In this document: positions 37,001 to 49,681 of the stretch, piece by piece
Layout: each line of letters starts with the position of its first letter
Position numbering within the stretch: position 1 is the stretch's first letter
NCBI GenBank assembly: GCA_002633005.1
Contig: NMRA01000065.1
Location: forward strand, 355,481-419,480
Source: Phoronis australis
Lineage: Eukaryota; Animalia; Phoronida
Length of the DNA stretch: 64,000 nucleotides
Direction: 5' to 3'
Translations under genes and position numbers: made by a program
Notes under the pieces: generated by a model
Told to the model about the DNA's origin: nothing
Databases searched by the model: none
Seen by the model: the letters and a program-made list of their open reading frames with translations, nothing else

Positions 37001-38851
37001 AAGTCAAGGCTTCAAGGTTAACTTCATCACTTTTCCTCCGAGCTCGTTTTTATGATTGGAGTAAAATAGTCTAGAAAAACCACAAGTAAAATCAATGCCA
37101 GGGGCCAGTTTCAAGAAAACTGATTTAGATAAGACAAATCTTAAATTTAAGCCAGATGAAACTTCCCATCACCTTCTGTACAAATTTCATTCCGTGTATT
37201 TTAAATGGGCAGTAGGTAAAATGCACTCACCGAATAAGAGGTTTTCACCTCGGCAAAAATAGTACATTTTACTCTTAAGATTATCATTAAAAAAGCAAGT
37301 ACTTTCTTCAGCGATCCTTTCTGGTTCTATAAATATCTATCATGAAGCATGTCTAGGGGAATTAAGAGGACTTTGGCGAAGAATTCCAACTCCACTTTTT
37401 GGTCGCCATTAAGTTTTTCACCCAGCGCGATAACCATAAAGTATTTCAAATGACGTTACGTGAGTTAGGCAAGGACAAGCGTCAGACTGAGCGAAGTGCG
37501 AGACACTTGCAAAAAATAGCATGGGAAGATATCAGGTGGAATTTGAAAGACTTGTGTATCTTGGACTATTTGTTCATCGATCAACATACATGATTTCATG
37601 TAACTTCCTCAAAATGGCACCCGGTGAGGAAAGCTCGAGCGAACCGCAACAGATTTTCATGGAGATGTTCAAATTATGTTAACTAAATTGTCTCCAGAGT
37701 CATGGCATGTGTTCGATCATTATAGCTCCATGTGTATAGATGAATGTTTCATTCCATTTCATTGTGAGATGAGTAACTTTTTATGGGTGTGTGCTATCAC
37801 CCCTGTATGCCTGCGGCATTTTTACAGGTCGATGGGTAATTGTTTACAATATGACGACATTGACTTACACAAATGATTTTGGTATCGTTCGATTCCTCTC
37901 AACGTTATCTTTCCAAAAATATATGAATGTTTCCCTACCGCGATTCCTCTGTATTTTATTGTCGAATTTCGGGTCGCACTATTTCCCGATTGACACCGCC
38001 ATGTTAGCTCAACTCCTCTCAAGATTGCAGCGACACATGTTGTTAATGAATGGTGTTTGCCCGCGCGAGATTCGCGCTAGTTTCCCCCGACATAATATGG
38101 AGGAACAAGTAGCAGCATTTCACCTTTTCCAGTTTTTATTTATAATTGTGACCATTTGACCATTTTTCCACGAAAATTGTTTGAAGTGAAACCCTGTTCA
38201 CCAATTGGGACCTCAAAAACAACTTCCGCTTTTTCGCGGATTCTTGCTTATAGCAGATGCGTACCAGGGTCACCATAGGATCGAATTCGAACCCTTAGGA
38301 CCGTAACTCAAGCAGGAGATAGACGGGTTTCGGCGGTCAATTTGAACTTGTGAAAAGCGACAATCTGCAGAAGTCGGTAAATTAGTTCAGTTTTGGAACG
38401 CCAGGTGACTCCTTCCATTCAACATGGCAGTGTTATTACCGAGTACCGGGAAATAGTCCGAGCCGAAATTTCACGATAAAATAGTAAGGGAGCAGGGTAG
38501 AAAAAAATTCGTTGTATCTTTAGGAAGATAACGTTGCAAGGAATCGAACAATACCAAAATCATTTGTGTAAGTCAATGTCGTCATATTGTAAACAATTAC
38601 CGGTCGATGCAATTAATTGACTAAAGATTTTGCATGCACCCACCACTCGTTAGCACTATAAGTTGATAATAGGTTTCGCGATGACGTGATAAGCAAAAGG
38701 TGAGAAGCCACCGGCAGCGGGAGTCGGGACTCTGAGCCAGTTTAATGACTTTGACGAGAGCTTACCTTTTCGATTTTTCACTCAAAAGAGCTTTCAATTT
38801 TTTCCTTTCTTCGGGGTCCAGCTTTTGCAAATCTTTGGCTATTTTCTCCAT
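31074..38851 (-). CDS. CWC25: Pre-mRNA splicing factor CWC25-like (about 577 aa, 7 exons) with a divergent N-terminus
   Basis: Exons 38766-38851, 36857-36972, 35324-35426, 34020-34089, 32628-33709, 31628-31789, 31074-31188, phases consistent. Motifs: KVDWLY...EEFLTGRKID, DMEVKMREDPLFAIRKKEEEARRKLLNNPVKMKRL, a long RD/RS-rich region, KGYGL, KLSAEEMERRRREMMEDA, SVEDRIRRNRFNIQRT..LEKNF. Confidence 0.9.
34254..34671. mobile_element. MITE-like element in a CWC25 intron
   Basis: Imperfect TIRs TTTCTGAAAATAGGCCCA / TGGGCCTATTTTCGGAAA with internal sub-repeats. Confidence 0.5.
35582..35965 (+). mobile_element. About 390-bp interspersed repeat (TTAAAG start), copy 1
   Basis: Collinear with the reverse complement of 46328-46724 over its length (AAGATGTAyTTGCATGCTCCT..., GGAATTAGCCTGCAAGTT). 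Confidence 0.75.
36515..36601. repeat. 29-bp perfect tandem repeat, 3 copies
   Basis: TAAACTTAAGGCAACTACAGTAAAATCTC at 36515, 36544 and 36573. Confidence 0.9.
37835..38601. mobile_element. Non-autonomous DNA transposon, Merlin-like, in CWC25 intron 1
   Basis: About 79-bp near-perfect TIRs starting GGTAATTGTTTACAATATGACGAC (37835-37914 and 38523-38601); perfect 8-bp TSD GGTCGATG at 37827-37834 and 38602-38609. Confidence 0.85.
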
Positions 38852-39049
38852 GTTTCCAGGCAACTATTACAAAGAATATAACAAATTCGTCCAGTCCTCA
38901 AGAAATGTTGAATGCGTAGCACGTCACAAATTTTGTGACCACAAGTATCGCTGACGTGTACACATTCATCTGACCCAAATACAAATTTTAGGACTTACAC
39001 GTTGCAGAATTCTGTGTGGGAATTCCAGTTTGGATTTATATATCCTATC
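38852..39049. promoter_or_regulatory. Compact bidirectional promoter and 5' UTR region between CWC25 and DAP
   Basis: 198 bp between divergent ATGs. Contains palindrome GTCACAAA-T-TTTGTGAC (38923-38939), two opposed TGACGT half-CRE motifs (about 38921 and 38952) and TGTGGGAATTCC (about 39015-39026). Confidence 0.7.
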
Positions 39050-42000
39050 ATGTCTTCTGCCGAAGAAGAAAATTTGAAGGCCGGTCACGCTCCAGCAGGT
39101 TCACGCAACTTCTTAAATGTTTTGTAATGTCGTAAATTGTGCCTTTTTTGTTTTTCAAGCATTTGTCCAATGGCAATGCCTGGTCAGTCGACATCGTAGA
39201 CCGATGTCGTCGTCAAATGACGAATGTTGTTACGCTATTGACTGTATAAAACTTTGTATTTGTCTTGCGTTTGAGCTACTCCAACAAAACCAACTAGTAA
39301 AAATGGATGGAAATTGCTTGAGTCAGTTGAGCTAATTTGTTTCACGTCAGCAATCTGATATATTTCATCACGTCTTGACCTAGGCGGTGACTCGTCCTGA
39401 TCAACCAGGGTTCTGTATTATACGCTGGAAGTGTTTCTGGAAATCATGTTAAATCTTGGCCAAACCATCAAAGCCACGTAACTGTGTGTACCCATCCAGT
39501 GTAATTACACCTTTGGAGGCAGTTGGAGTCTTTAAATGATACTTTCAGTTTGAACAAGGTCGTCTTCATGACCCCAGAAGTGAGCCAATCACTAATCCAA
39601 GTGACACTGGTGATCCGCCACAGTTCACTTTTGTTGGAAACTTGGTCGCCAGAGGTTGCTACTTGTTGGCACTTGTTAACGATTTCTTTAATGAATTAAG
39701 AGTGATATTGGCAAGAAATCTTACTGAAATATTTATTCGTATTGGAAGGTTTTAAAGACATCGATGCACTGACTCCAAAGATGTACCTTTTGGCTGGTCC
39801 CAAATTTCGAGACCCAGTTTCATCTACATTATTTAGTAGTATAGCCTGGTTTTGGAAATCAAGGGGATCACCAAAAGGCACTGTTGACATCCCCAGCATT
39901 CTCCCTACATGTATCTAAACTTGGTGCTGCACCATGTTTGAAATGTTTTTCACAATATTTGGAAATTTGAGCCATTTTTGAAAAGCTCTGAGGCATGTTT
40001 GAAAAGCTTTGAGCCAAATTTGAAATCTTAAGGCATGTTTGAAAATCCCAGTTATTTTCTGCTTTTAAGCCAAATGGTTGAATTTTGTGGTCCAAAGTAA
40101 TTTTTACTACTTAGCAGTAAAAACGATAGTGACATGCTCAGCAAGTGAAAATGATGTGCAAACACAGTTGTTTTTGTGAAATAACAGAAAGTAAGATTAC
40201 TGCATGAGAACATGAAAAGCAACTTGCACTTTGCTTGAATTTTTGTCTAAGAAGACCCTTCCACCTCACTTTAGAACAGCCTTTGCCCATTGGTTCACTA
40301 AAGCTAGAGCCCATACCACCTGTAATTTCTGTATTCAACTATGTGATGACCGACTATATGTATATTCACACTCAATCACTGTTGGTGATCAATTTCAAAC
40401 TCCATGTACCACTAAAAATTGTGAAGTCACACAAATAACATAAATATTTCTTAGTCATTGCTGGTAATCAAGTTTGTGACTCGTGACTCAATAACCAAGT
40501 ACCTTAACCAACAGGCCAAACTGCAATTTCGTGAAGGCCAGGTGAATAGACCTTTTATGAGATAAGGCCAGGTAAAAAATAAGAATGAACGGTAAACGTT
40601 TGGAACTTATCTAAAAATTGTTGCGGCACTTGTTAGTTTAACTGTTTGTGAAGTATGAGTTTATAAATCTCAGTGCAGTCAAATACAGTTTAAAACCAGG
40701 GCTCTTGCTTCTTAAAGACCCTGATTTTCTGGATAACGTAAATGAGACGAAATTCACGGAATCTTGATTTTTTACAAAATTAGAGATTTCGAACAAAATT
40801 TCCACATTTTAGTAGCAGACACCATAATTCTGATATATTTTTGTTTTTAATCACCAAAAAACTAAGAATGCAATATATCAAATTCGACATATTTTTGCTA
40901 GAAATCGATCGTTGATCATTTTGCAGCTAGTATGTTGAAGTAGTCATTCATTCTTTCTGATGGGGGCGCTGCCGCTACGCTGCTGTTTTTCTGGTTTTTG
41001 AGAAACATTAAACATGGTGTGCAGCAAGTTGTCTGCAAAGGGAAGCTGTGGCTTAATTCAGTGTAAAAATTCAGGCATTTCCCAGATCATTTTTGTGTTA
41101 TTTAATTACCACTTTCATATAGTAAAATGATTTGTGTGAAAAAAAATTCATGAAACTAACTTTGCTAAAATGGATTTGTCTGTTCCAAGCTGAAGTTGCC
41201 AAGTGCAACGATCTTTGCCAAGTGCAATGATGGTTGCCAAGTGCAACGATGCTTGCGTTTGGGCACTAATTAGAATAATGCAATGCAATGCTTGTTTGTT
41301 GAGAAATGTAATTTGTCGTATGCTTGTTGAAATAGCCGTAGTTCATATTTTGTTGTGTTTGACAGTGAAAGCTGGTGGCAAGAGAATCACCCAGCACAAG
41401 CACAAAGCAGAGGATGAGGAGAGTCAGGAGATGACCCCTGAGGAGGTTGAAGAGTTTGGGGAAGGGTGAGTGAACTTTGCAATCACATTAACCTCAGAAA
41501 CTGCAAACACAGTAACCATGTTCTGTTGTTTTGTTTAAAGTCTTCCTTAGGCTGATTTTTATGCGCACACATTTTGATATGTGGGTGCATATTGCTGTCG
41601 TGTTTGTCTGGACGTCGGGTATCTGATGCTGTATCTTCTAATCCCCTGTCAGGATCTTAGTGGGATTTGGGAGGTATGTTCTGATGACGCTAACTCCGGA
41701 TGATGACAAGTTTTTGTCTGATGTTTTTTGCATTTGCCTCTGTATCTTTGGAGTTCCATTATAGATTTTCATGAAATTTGTGAAATTTGGCAGATAGGAA
41801 GGAAGGAACAGTGCCTTCCCATTCTGGGATGGATTTGACACATTCAGCACCACCTAGTGGCTATTTCTTAAATTTTTGAGTCCATTTTTTGGTGTTCTCT
41901 TCCCTATCCTCCAAACTGCTTGAAGTACCAGAAAATTGGCAGATTTGTTCCTTATGAGAAGGCTGTGGATGACATTTATTTTAGGACGGGTCAGACAACT

Positions 42001-44258
42001 GTAGTGCCCCCCAGTGGTGATTTTGTCTGTTTTACATCCATGGCTGCATCTTCTTAATACTTTGCAGGATTTTTGTGAAATTTTGCTCGCCCTTTTCTGT
42101 AAAGTATGACAACGGCTGCCCACAATTTTTGAATGGTTCTGACTACTACTGTGCTCCCTAGTAGCAATTTTAATTTTTATGTTAACCTTTGATCTTTCAG
42201 ACTTCCTTTAGAGTTTTTCATGAAAATTGGCAAACATGTCACTGTTATAGGGTCAACAGAACCTTCCCAGTCTGGGATGGATTCGACATATTCAGTGCCA
42301 ACAAGTGGCCATTTTTACAAGAGTCAGTTTGTTGTCGTCTACCTCTGCATCAGCCAAACCACTTAGAGGATAATTATAAAAATTGGCAGATGTATTCCCA
42401 CTAACAAGAGCATAATTAACATGGATTTTCAGATGGGTCCAAGTACTGTGGTGCCACCTAGTAGCATTTTTTGCATCTGTAGCTCCATCTCCTAAACCCT
42501 TTGCAAGATATTTTGGAAATTTTGTAAGTGTAATGTTATTAACTTGACAACAGATGGACAGTTCCAAGTACCACTGTGCCTCCTAGTGGCAATTTGACAA
42601 GTAGTTTTGTATTACAGAGAAGATGACACCTTGACTCATTCTGCATCATCTAATGGTGATTTGTGTGATGATAATAAACACCTCTAGATGAATAACATTT
42701 GTGGTTCAGTCGTGGGCGCATTTCAATACTCCGCGTTGCTCTTTTTGTTAGTTTGGAAGTACTATCTGAATAGACCTGGCAATGCATTAGCAAGCCAAGA
42801 AAACACAACTTCCAATCCAATGTTAGTGTGAAGTAGCCTTTTCGCGAAATATTGTTTGAAAACAGCAATTAAAGAATGGTTGATAGCAGGTTTAAAAACT
42901 TGCTGGTACCCGTGGTAGAAATATGTATCTGCTGTGGGTACCAGAATTGAACACCGATATGTGCGGGTGTTGTTCGCTGCTGTGGGTATTAACTGAGGAT
43001 TCTCGCCGTGACAAAGACGAGCAAAACATTAAGCAATTTATGTTGTCAAAGTGATGCTTTTGACATGTTGTTGAGTTGCTTTTAAACCAATTGAGTACAT
43101 TTGTCAGTTTGTTACTTCAAATCATCGTTTCCTGTCAAATGTTTTGATACTGTATGTCTACAGTAGCGTGGTTGGTTGAAGTACCCAATACATTTGTTTT
43201 GAAGCCTACTGTCCTTTGACCTTTTCCAGGGGAGAGGAACGAGCGGATCCCCATCACCAATCAATTCTTGTTTCTGGTGCTGTAGGAAAGGTAGGTGGAG
43301 TGTGAGGAATTGCCAACCTTGCCACTTGTTGCTTGTCCAATATGTGCAATGTGTTTCATTGAGGAGGTACTCAAACCCTTGGAAGTGAGCATTGTGCAAA
43401 TATTGTACATTTGTACAATAAAAACCGGACGATCGCTGCACAAATAAAAAAGTTCATGTTCAATTCAACGTTTCGTCTTTTCATTAGACATCATCAGGAT
43501 CGTATTTACAACAATTTAGGACAACAAGTGCCAACATACAGCTTAGGTAACATCCATAGAGTGAAGTGTGGCCAAAAACTGATTTATTTGTACAATTTTG
43601 CGAATAGGCAGAAACCTCTGCCAAAAATAGCGAATTTAGGCATTTGTAACCACCAGTGTGATGGCCACTGTCTTCACCACTTATTCTTAGGTGGACTGCG
43701 AGGACCCCTGTGGGCACGAACAAGAAATTATTAGGCGTACAGTTCTCAGGGCTGTTCTGGAAATAGTTGTCCATCTTGTCCCTTGTTCTCCACGACAATA
43801 TTCAAAACTTGACGGGTTTTACAAAATTGATGAATATTGTTTGAAAGTCTGCATGACCACTGTGAGGAGTTTGTGTAATAAGTCTTGAAACAAATGCTTA
43901 GGAAATATTTACTTAGTAATCTCCCAGAAGTTCAAGCTCTTGTGTAGAATTTTGAACTCCAAGTAAAGGAAATGTCATTAGGACGGAATTCATAATCATT
44001 ACTGTGACTAGTCAAGACAGGTTGTGGAGAACATAGTAGTCACGCCCTTATGTATTTGGTCTGACAGAGTGTTATTTCCTCAAATTTGCCAATTTTTTCA
44101 GATTGTCATTCTGATTTATTCAACGAATATTTATCAACTTGCAGGGTGATCAGGATTTCCCAGCCGCTGCCGTGAAGGCCTACCATAACAAACCATTACC
44201 AACTCACCAAAAACCAACAACTCAACCTCGGCCGCACATACAGCAGCCTAGGCGTTAA
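39050..44258 (+). CDS. DAP: Death-associated protein 1 (DAP/DAPL1 family), 107 aa, 4 exons
   Basis: Exons 39050-39098 (MSSAEEENLKAGHAPA), 41366-41465 (VKAGGKRITQHK...), 43230-43290 (...SILVSGAVGK), 44145-44258 (GDQDFPAAAVKAYHNKPLPTHQKPTTQPRPHIQQPRR*). Phases match. Hallmark motifs AGHxPAVKAGGxRI, GDxDFP and C-terminal IQQPR are present. Confidence 0.93.
41553..42600 (-). mobile_element. Inverted copy of the same HINE-like family in DAP intron 2
   Basis: Reverse-complement landmarks TTTTCATGAAATTT and repeated CCTAGTGGC; terminal hairpin ATGCGCACACAT...ATGTGGGTGCAT at about 41561-41590. Confidence 0.65.
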
Positions 44259-46327
44259 CCTTGCTTTCCGCTGCCTAGAGTGATGTAACGCTGCCCTGCC
44301 TTGTTAAGTATCATGGCAGGAAAAAGAACTTAAGTTTAACTTTATGAAATTTTATTTTTGTCGTAGTTAACGAAAGAAATTTCTTTCTTGTCTCTGGAAC
44401 CCATATGAACAATAGTTGATTTCACAGAGAAAATACAAGAAGCACTTGCGTTAACATCAAATCTTGTTTCTATTTGAGATTGATTTGAAATTTCTCATTA
44501 CGGTATTGACCAGGAATGCTGATGAATGGGTTTTGCATTATTTGTTAATTTCATGCGGCCAAATTGAGAGTTGAAAACGAGCTTACCGGCTCCAATGTTA
44601 AGTGGGATGAGTTGCTGTTACGCTCGTTATATTTAGTTATTTTACCTTTGCCGACTAGATCAAGATAATTAAATTGCTTCGTTCAAAAACTTTTTAATCT
44701 ATTATTTTATGTTAGGAGTTACAGATGGTTGGTTTGCGAGCTCTGGAAGCATTTTAGAAATACCTGTGTTCTCTGTATATTGAATATTCGAAGCTAGATG
44801 TTTTAATCACACTGGCAGAGAATGCTTTCACTATCGAGACTGTACGACTGTATGGCGACTTGATCTTCAGTTGTTTTTTATTATTATACACGTAAATATT
44901 CTATGTGTAAGTGGTAACGTGAAATTACTGAAGATCAAATTTCCCTTGATGCTATGGTGTTATAACATGCAGAATGTGATATCAGGAGTCATTCTTTAAT
45001 AAAACGGGGATCTTGTGAACCAACATTTTGTAAATTTTTTTGCGTATGATTGTAAATGTTCGTGTTGTAAACAGTTTACCTCAGTCTCAAGATACTTTTT
45101 CAGCTGTCATTGTTTACAGAATGCTTATTCTTTTTTAGTAATTGTGCCATTATTTGGTTAATGATTAAGCCATAGTATGTTTTGATCTCAGTTTACATTC
45201 TATTGTTAGAACCTGGCGACCAAATCGAGTTGGGCATTTTAATTTTATCAATTTTGTACGAGGCTCAGAGCGTCTCTCCTAATTCAGAATATATCACTGT
45301 AACATCATGTTGTAAACATAGGGTACAGTAGAGTCAGTGATGGCCTGTATGCGACAAGCTGAGGAATGACAGTTTGAATTACTCGTACTCTAGTCTGGGG
45401 TACTGAAGATTGCAGTAGATCTGTTTTAAACTTAACTTTATTCAGCTTATAATCGTTTGAATTTCCATTTGCAAAGTAAGTTCTCTTGTCAGTAGTCGGT
45501 AATAAGTGCAATTCTCTTCGCTACTGTGAAATATATAAGTTCTTAGCGCAGTGTTTGTGACTTTAGAAAGTTGTTTTGACCATTCTGTCAAAAGTAGTGT
45601 ACACTAGCTCCTGTGGCCTTGCAGCTTTTGGAGTAAAACTAATATATAAATTAAAATTTGTTTAACTTGTTTAATTAAAAGTTTAAACTTGTCTCCAGAG
45701 TTAAGGTGTAGGCAAGTGGTTTATTTTGTGTTGCGCAGTTGCCGTGTCTTTCAATCTAGCGCCATTTTCTTTGTTGTTCAACCCCAATAAAATCAACAAT
45801 ATGTGGTACGTTTTTTTACCCCAGTGTCGATAGTACGTGTGGTCTTATGGAACACAAAACCAAGTCCTGTCATGGCAAGGACAAATTTAAGAAAGATTTT
45901 CAAGAGCAAAAAGGCCCAGTGCCATTTTTGTTTTTCAGCCAAAGGGTTCGAAAATCAACTTGAAAAAAATTCCAGTCCTGTTTAAAAACTCCCTGTGGTC
46001 ATTTATCAACATTGAAAGAGGGCCCATTAAGTTTTAACCCAGTGAAAAACTACACCAATGTTCTACCAGCAGCAGCAAATTTTTGGATGAATTCAACGAC
46101 AGTAGCTGGAGTAGTAGCCTTTTATATTTTGGAGAACTACTTTGGAGACAGTTTATGGCTTTTGCTGGATAGCAAAAGCTGTCACTTGTGGTTATCCAAA
46201 CAGCAGAAAAGTGGGTCAAAATCATCTTGTTACACAGACTCACTAAAGCTCTATAGTCCTGCTCATGGAAAACGAGCAAGACTTACAAACCCACGATGAA
46301 TTCCCGCTGTGCAGAAGCAAGACAGCA

Positions 46328-46724
46328 CCTCAAAGTGGAACTTGCAGGCTAATTCCTCATCTCTGTGATTGCTTGGCTAAATTAGTTAGAAACACAACAT
46401 ATGGCGACGATGTGAATATGAAGTAGGCTGAAAATTGCCAAATGTTTTTAAGAATGACTTCGTGGTGAAAATGATAAACCGTTATCACTTAACCGTGCGT
46501 AGTAACTACCATAACGTGTTGCGGAATAACACTGCATGACGCGTGTTGTGTGAGCCACCAAGATATATCATTAATGCAAAGGTCACCTATATGCAGAATT
46601 TTTTGTTTTCGCATTATCAATGGATACAACTGCACTTTGTTTTTAGCGTAGATCATGTTAAAATAGTCATTTAGTTCCTGCTATACATTAGCATAGTTAT
46701 AGGAGCATGCAAATACATCTTTAA
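46328..46724 (-). mobile_element. About 390-bp interspersed repeat, copy 2 (inverted)
   Basis: Reverse-complement match to 35582-35965. Confidence 0.75.
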
Positions 46725-49157
46725 TGAGACAAATCCCACCTTTCTTCATATTTCGGAAAAGCTTGGGTTGAAGTGCTCTAATAAAGCTAAAGACCTCTAT
46801 ATTTAAATTACTTTGCCATTCAAGGATGTGCAAAATTTTCATTAGAAAAAGGTGCCTGCTCTAAAGTGTAGTAAAGGAAACTGGTCATGCATCTTCAGTT
46901 AGATGTTCGTAACAACATGTGGTGGCTCTTGCTTGAGAGGTTTATCAACCAAAAAGAAATATGATGTGTCATACTTTCACTGTTAACATACCTGGATGAT
47001 AAAAGACCCGTCTTCTGCTCATTTGACTGCACGGAAATTTGCAGTGCAAAATTATAGAAATCTGCAGTATGATAACAGCACTTCAAATCCACAACAGACA
47101 ACCCACTTTTGGATGTCATTTATGCGTACCACTTAACCACACATTACATGCACAGTGTAAATCAGTACCATTCAATGAGAGACTCAAGAAGCAATGGGGC
47201 TGAGCACATGGGACCGGTGACTGATTGCGCCACCTAGCAGTACCAGGAGGTACTTAAGTCCTCACAGCTGGGCCGGGGGCATCGGGAATGGTTTGTCTTT
47301 TACAATGCATGTGATTACAGGTGATGTGTTTTAAACAAAAGTTAAAGTACCGCCACGTCCTCGTCCTCCAGAGGCAACTGGTATCTGGTCTCATGTGACC
47401 AGTCGCCACCAATTGCCTTCGAAAGTCTCCCATTGTTCCAGTCAATAAGACACTGTGACTCGCCGGTTACTGCAGCCACGTTCTGTGCACAAATGTCGTG
47501 TTTGCAGGCTGCCATAATTTATAGCGGGCTTGTGAATCTAGCATGATGACATAAAATTGTTGGTAAATATTGCGGAAATACTTTGCAAGTTGATCCATAT
47601 CGTGGTAAAAAGCTCATACACAACTACTTTTTTCATCGGGCATCAAACCAAAAGTAACATTTTGATATCATCCAAATTTATACTGAGGCCAAACAGATTT
47701 GGGGGGGGGGAGTTCTAGGTTTACCTCTGTGCCTGTGTAGTCATCAGGTGTTGAGACCGCATTGACCGCAAGGCTCACCTGTTTGAATCTGCTCAAAAAT
47801 AGTTTGTCAAAGAACCGTTTTAAAACCTGAGGTATAAAATCAGTAGTGAATGTGCCAGTAACAGAAAAAATGTGAAAATGTCACTTTGGTGTATGCAACA
47901 AAGAACATCAAAATAATTTAATTCAAGAACGTGCTGTTTGAGGAATCAACCCAAATTATCACAAAAAGCATTTGAGCAAGTTAAGGACATTTGCAGCAAT
48001 GTTCATTTGCCGGTGTTTGGTTGTTACAACACTCTGTATGATCATTACAAGTATTTGATTGTAGCATCAGTATTTGGTCACAGCAACTGTATTGATCATT
48101 AACGTGTTCAGGAACTGCATTAAAACGTAACAATTTGTCAGTTTTGATTGTGAACAACGTTTGATCACATACAAATACAATGTTTGATCATAGCAACGGA
48201 TGTTCACATGCAAATTACATAAACTGGTTAGGGACACAAGTTACGATGGATGATTCCTAATACGTATTGCATTGTGACTTATACCCAAGATAAACACTTA
48301 CTTGTCGAACATTCAATCTTATGAACAACTCACCAACACAGCACAGCATTCTACATTGCTCCCAAGACAAATGAGAACTGCAAGAAGCAAAATGGTGCCA
48401 AAGAGAAAACTACACACAGACCACAGACAAAAGAGCTTTGTATTCATTTGTTGTAAAATGGTTGGACTTAATCTGCTGTTTCATGAGCCATTCATTTGAT
48501 AACAATGAGTCAATTTATCACCGACCTCCAGTCTATTTAGTAAGGTTGGCTAGTGTCTTAATACCTAGCAAGTTTGGACATTCTGGGCTCAGTTATTCAC
48601 TAACCCACAGGGGCTAATAAAACAATCATCTCAGCCAGGACCACAAACCCTTTGTTGAGCTTGCTTGTGTTACGTTATGGTCAGTAGTAACTAAAGATGT
48701 CGCTACCAGTGTCTTAGTATAGTAGGCATGCTCTGTTACCTACTTCCTGTTCCGATTGATGTTTCATGTACTCTCAATATATATGCCTTAGTCACAATCG
48801 TATCGATCTTCATCTTTGGTCCGAAGCCAGCATAGAAACATAACAGCTTGGTTACACAGTCCACAGTACAACCAACACAGGTTTCACAAAGAACTGCTTT
48901 CACTCACCTAAAAGGCCAGTTGGGTGAGAATGACACCCATGATTTAAAACCAACCAAAAAATGTAAGCCACTATGCAACAACTAGTTACCACCTCCAAAC
49001 CCAAAATCGAAGTTGCAAAAATACTGTTTATGTAACAGGACTTCTACTACCTTGGAACATATAATGGCGAGACCTGAAAGCTTGGACTTAATTATGCAAT
49101 TCTCAAAAAATACCGAACAGTGGAACATGGCTGAATGGAGCTGAATGAATTTTTTTC

Positions 49158-49681
49158 TTAAAGAGGCATGGAACGCGAAAGCGCATCAAAAATATCTTTT
49201 AATCAATTCCTGATGAAAGTACCATCTCGCAACATCTAGTAGAGAGTAATTCACTTTCCCCTGTGAGAAAATTTCCAGAAAAAATCACAAAATTCACCAT
49301 TTTTGTAATATGCGCGAAGGAAAAAATCCAATCTCCCTCCCACTTACAATAAATGCGCACATGCGCTCAGTCAGTTGCTTAATGTCACTTGAGGTCACAG
49401 GTCATATTTTCCATATAAGGGAAATGTGCTACGTCTATGTCTTGCCATACCAAAAAAAAGATGTGCTTTGCCTTGTGGGAGAAAAATCGATGAAGTGGCA
49501 ATCAGTTGACAAATCGTTTTATTTGGAAATTTGAAACTTACAGAAAATGATTTGGTATCAATTAAAAATCTTTACGAACAAATCCTAAAAATAACTGGTG
49601 AGCAGGTTAAATTCAGTTTCAGTGGCAGAGAGAACCACTTTCAATTTTGCAATCCGTTTATCACGTTCCAGGCCTCTTTAA
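49158..49681. mobile_element. TTAA-flanked MITE (Kolobok-like)
   Basis: TTAA-AGAGGCATGGAACGCGA ... TCACGTTCCAGGCCTCT-TTAA. Confidence 0.75.

Noticed and set aside
40340-40440. C-box-like GTGATGA in DAP intron 1 (possible snoRNA)
   Set aside because: No D box (CTGA) or terminal stem at a suitable distance.
43411-43930. Overlapping ORFs in DAP intron 3, possible nested gene or alternative exon
   Set aside because: No recognisable motif, stops in the extended frames and no consistent splice partners.
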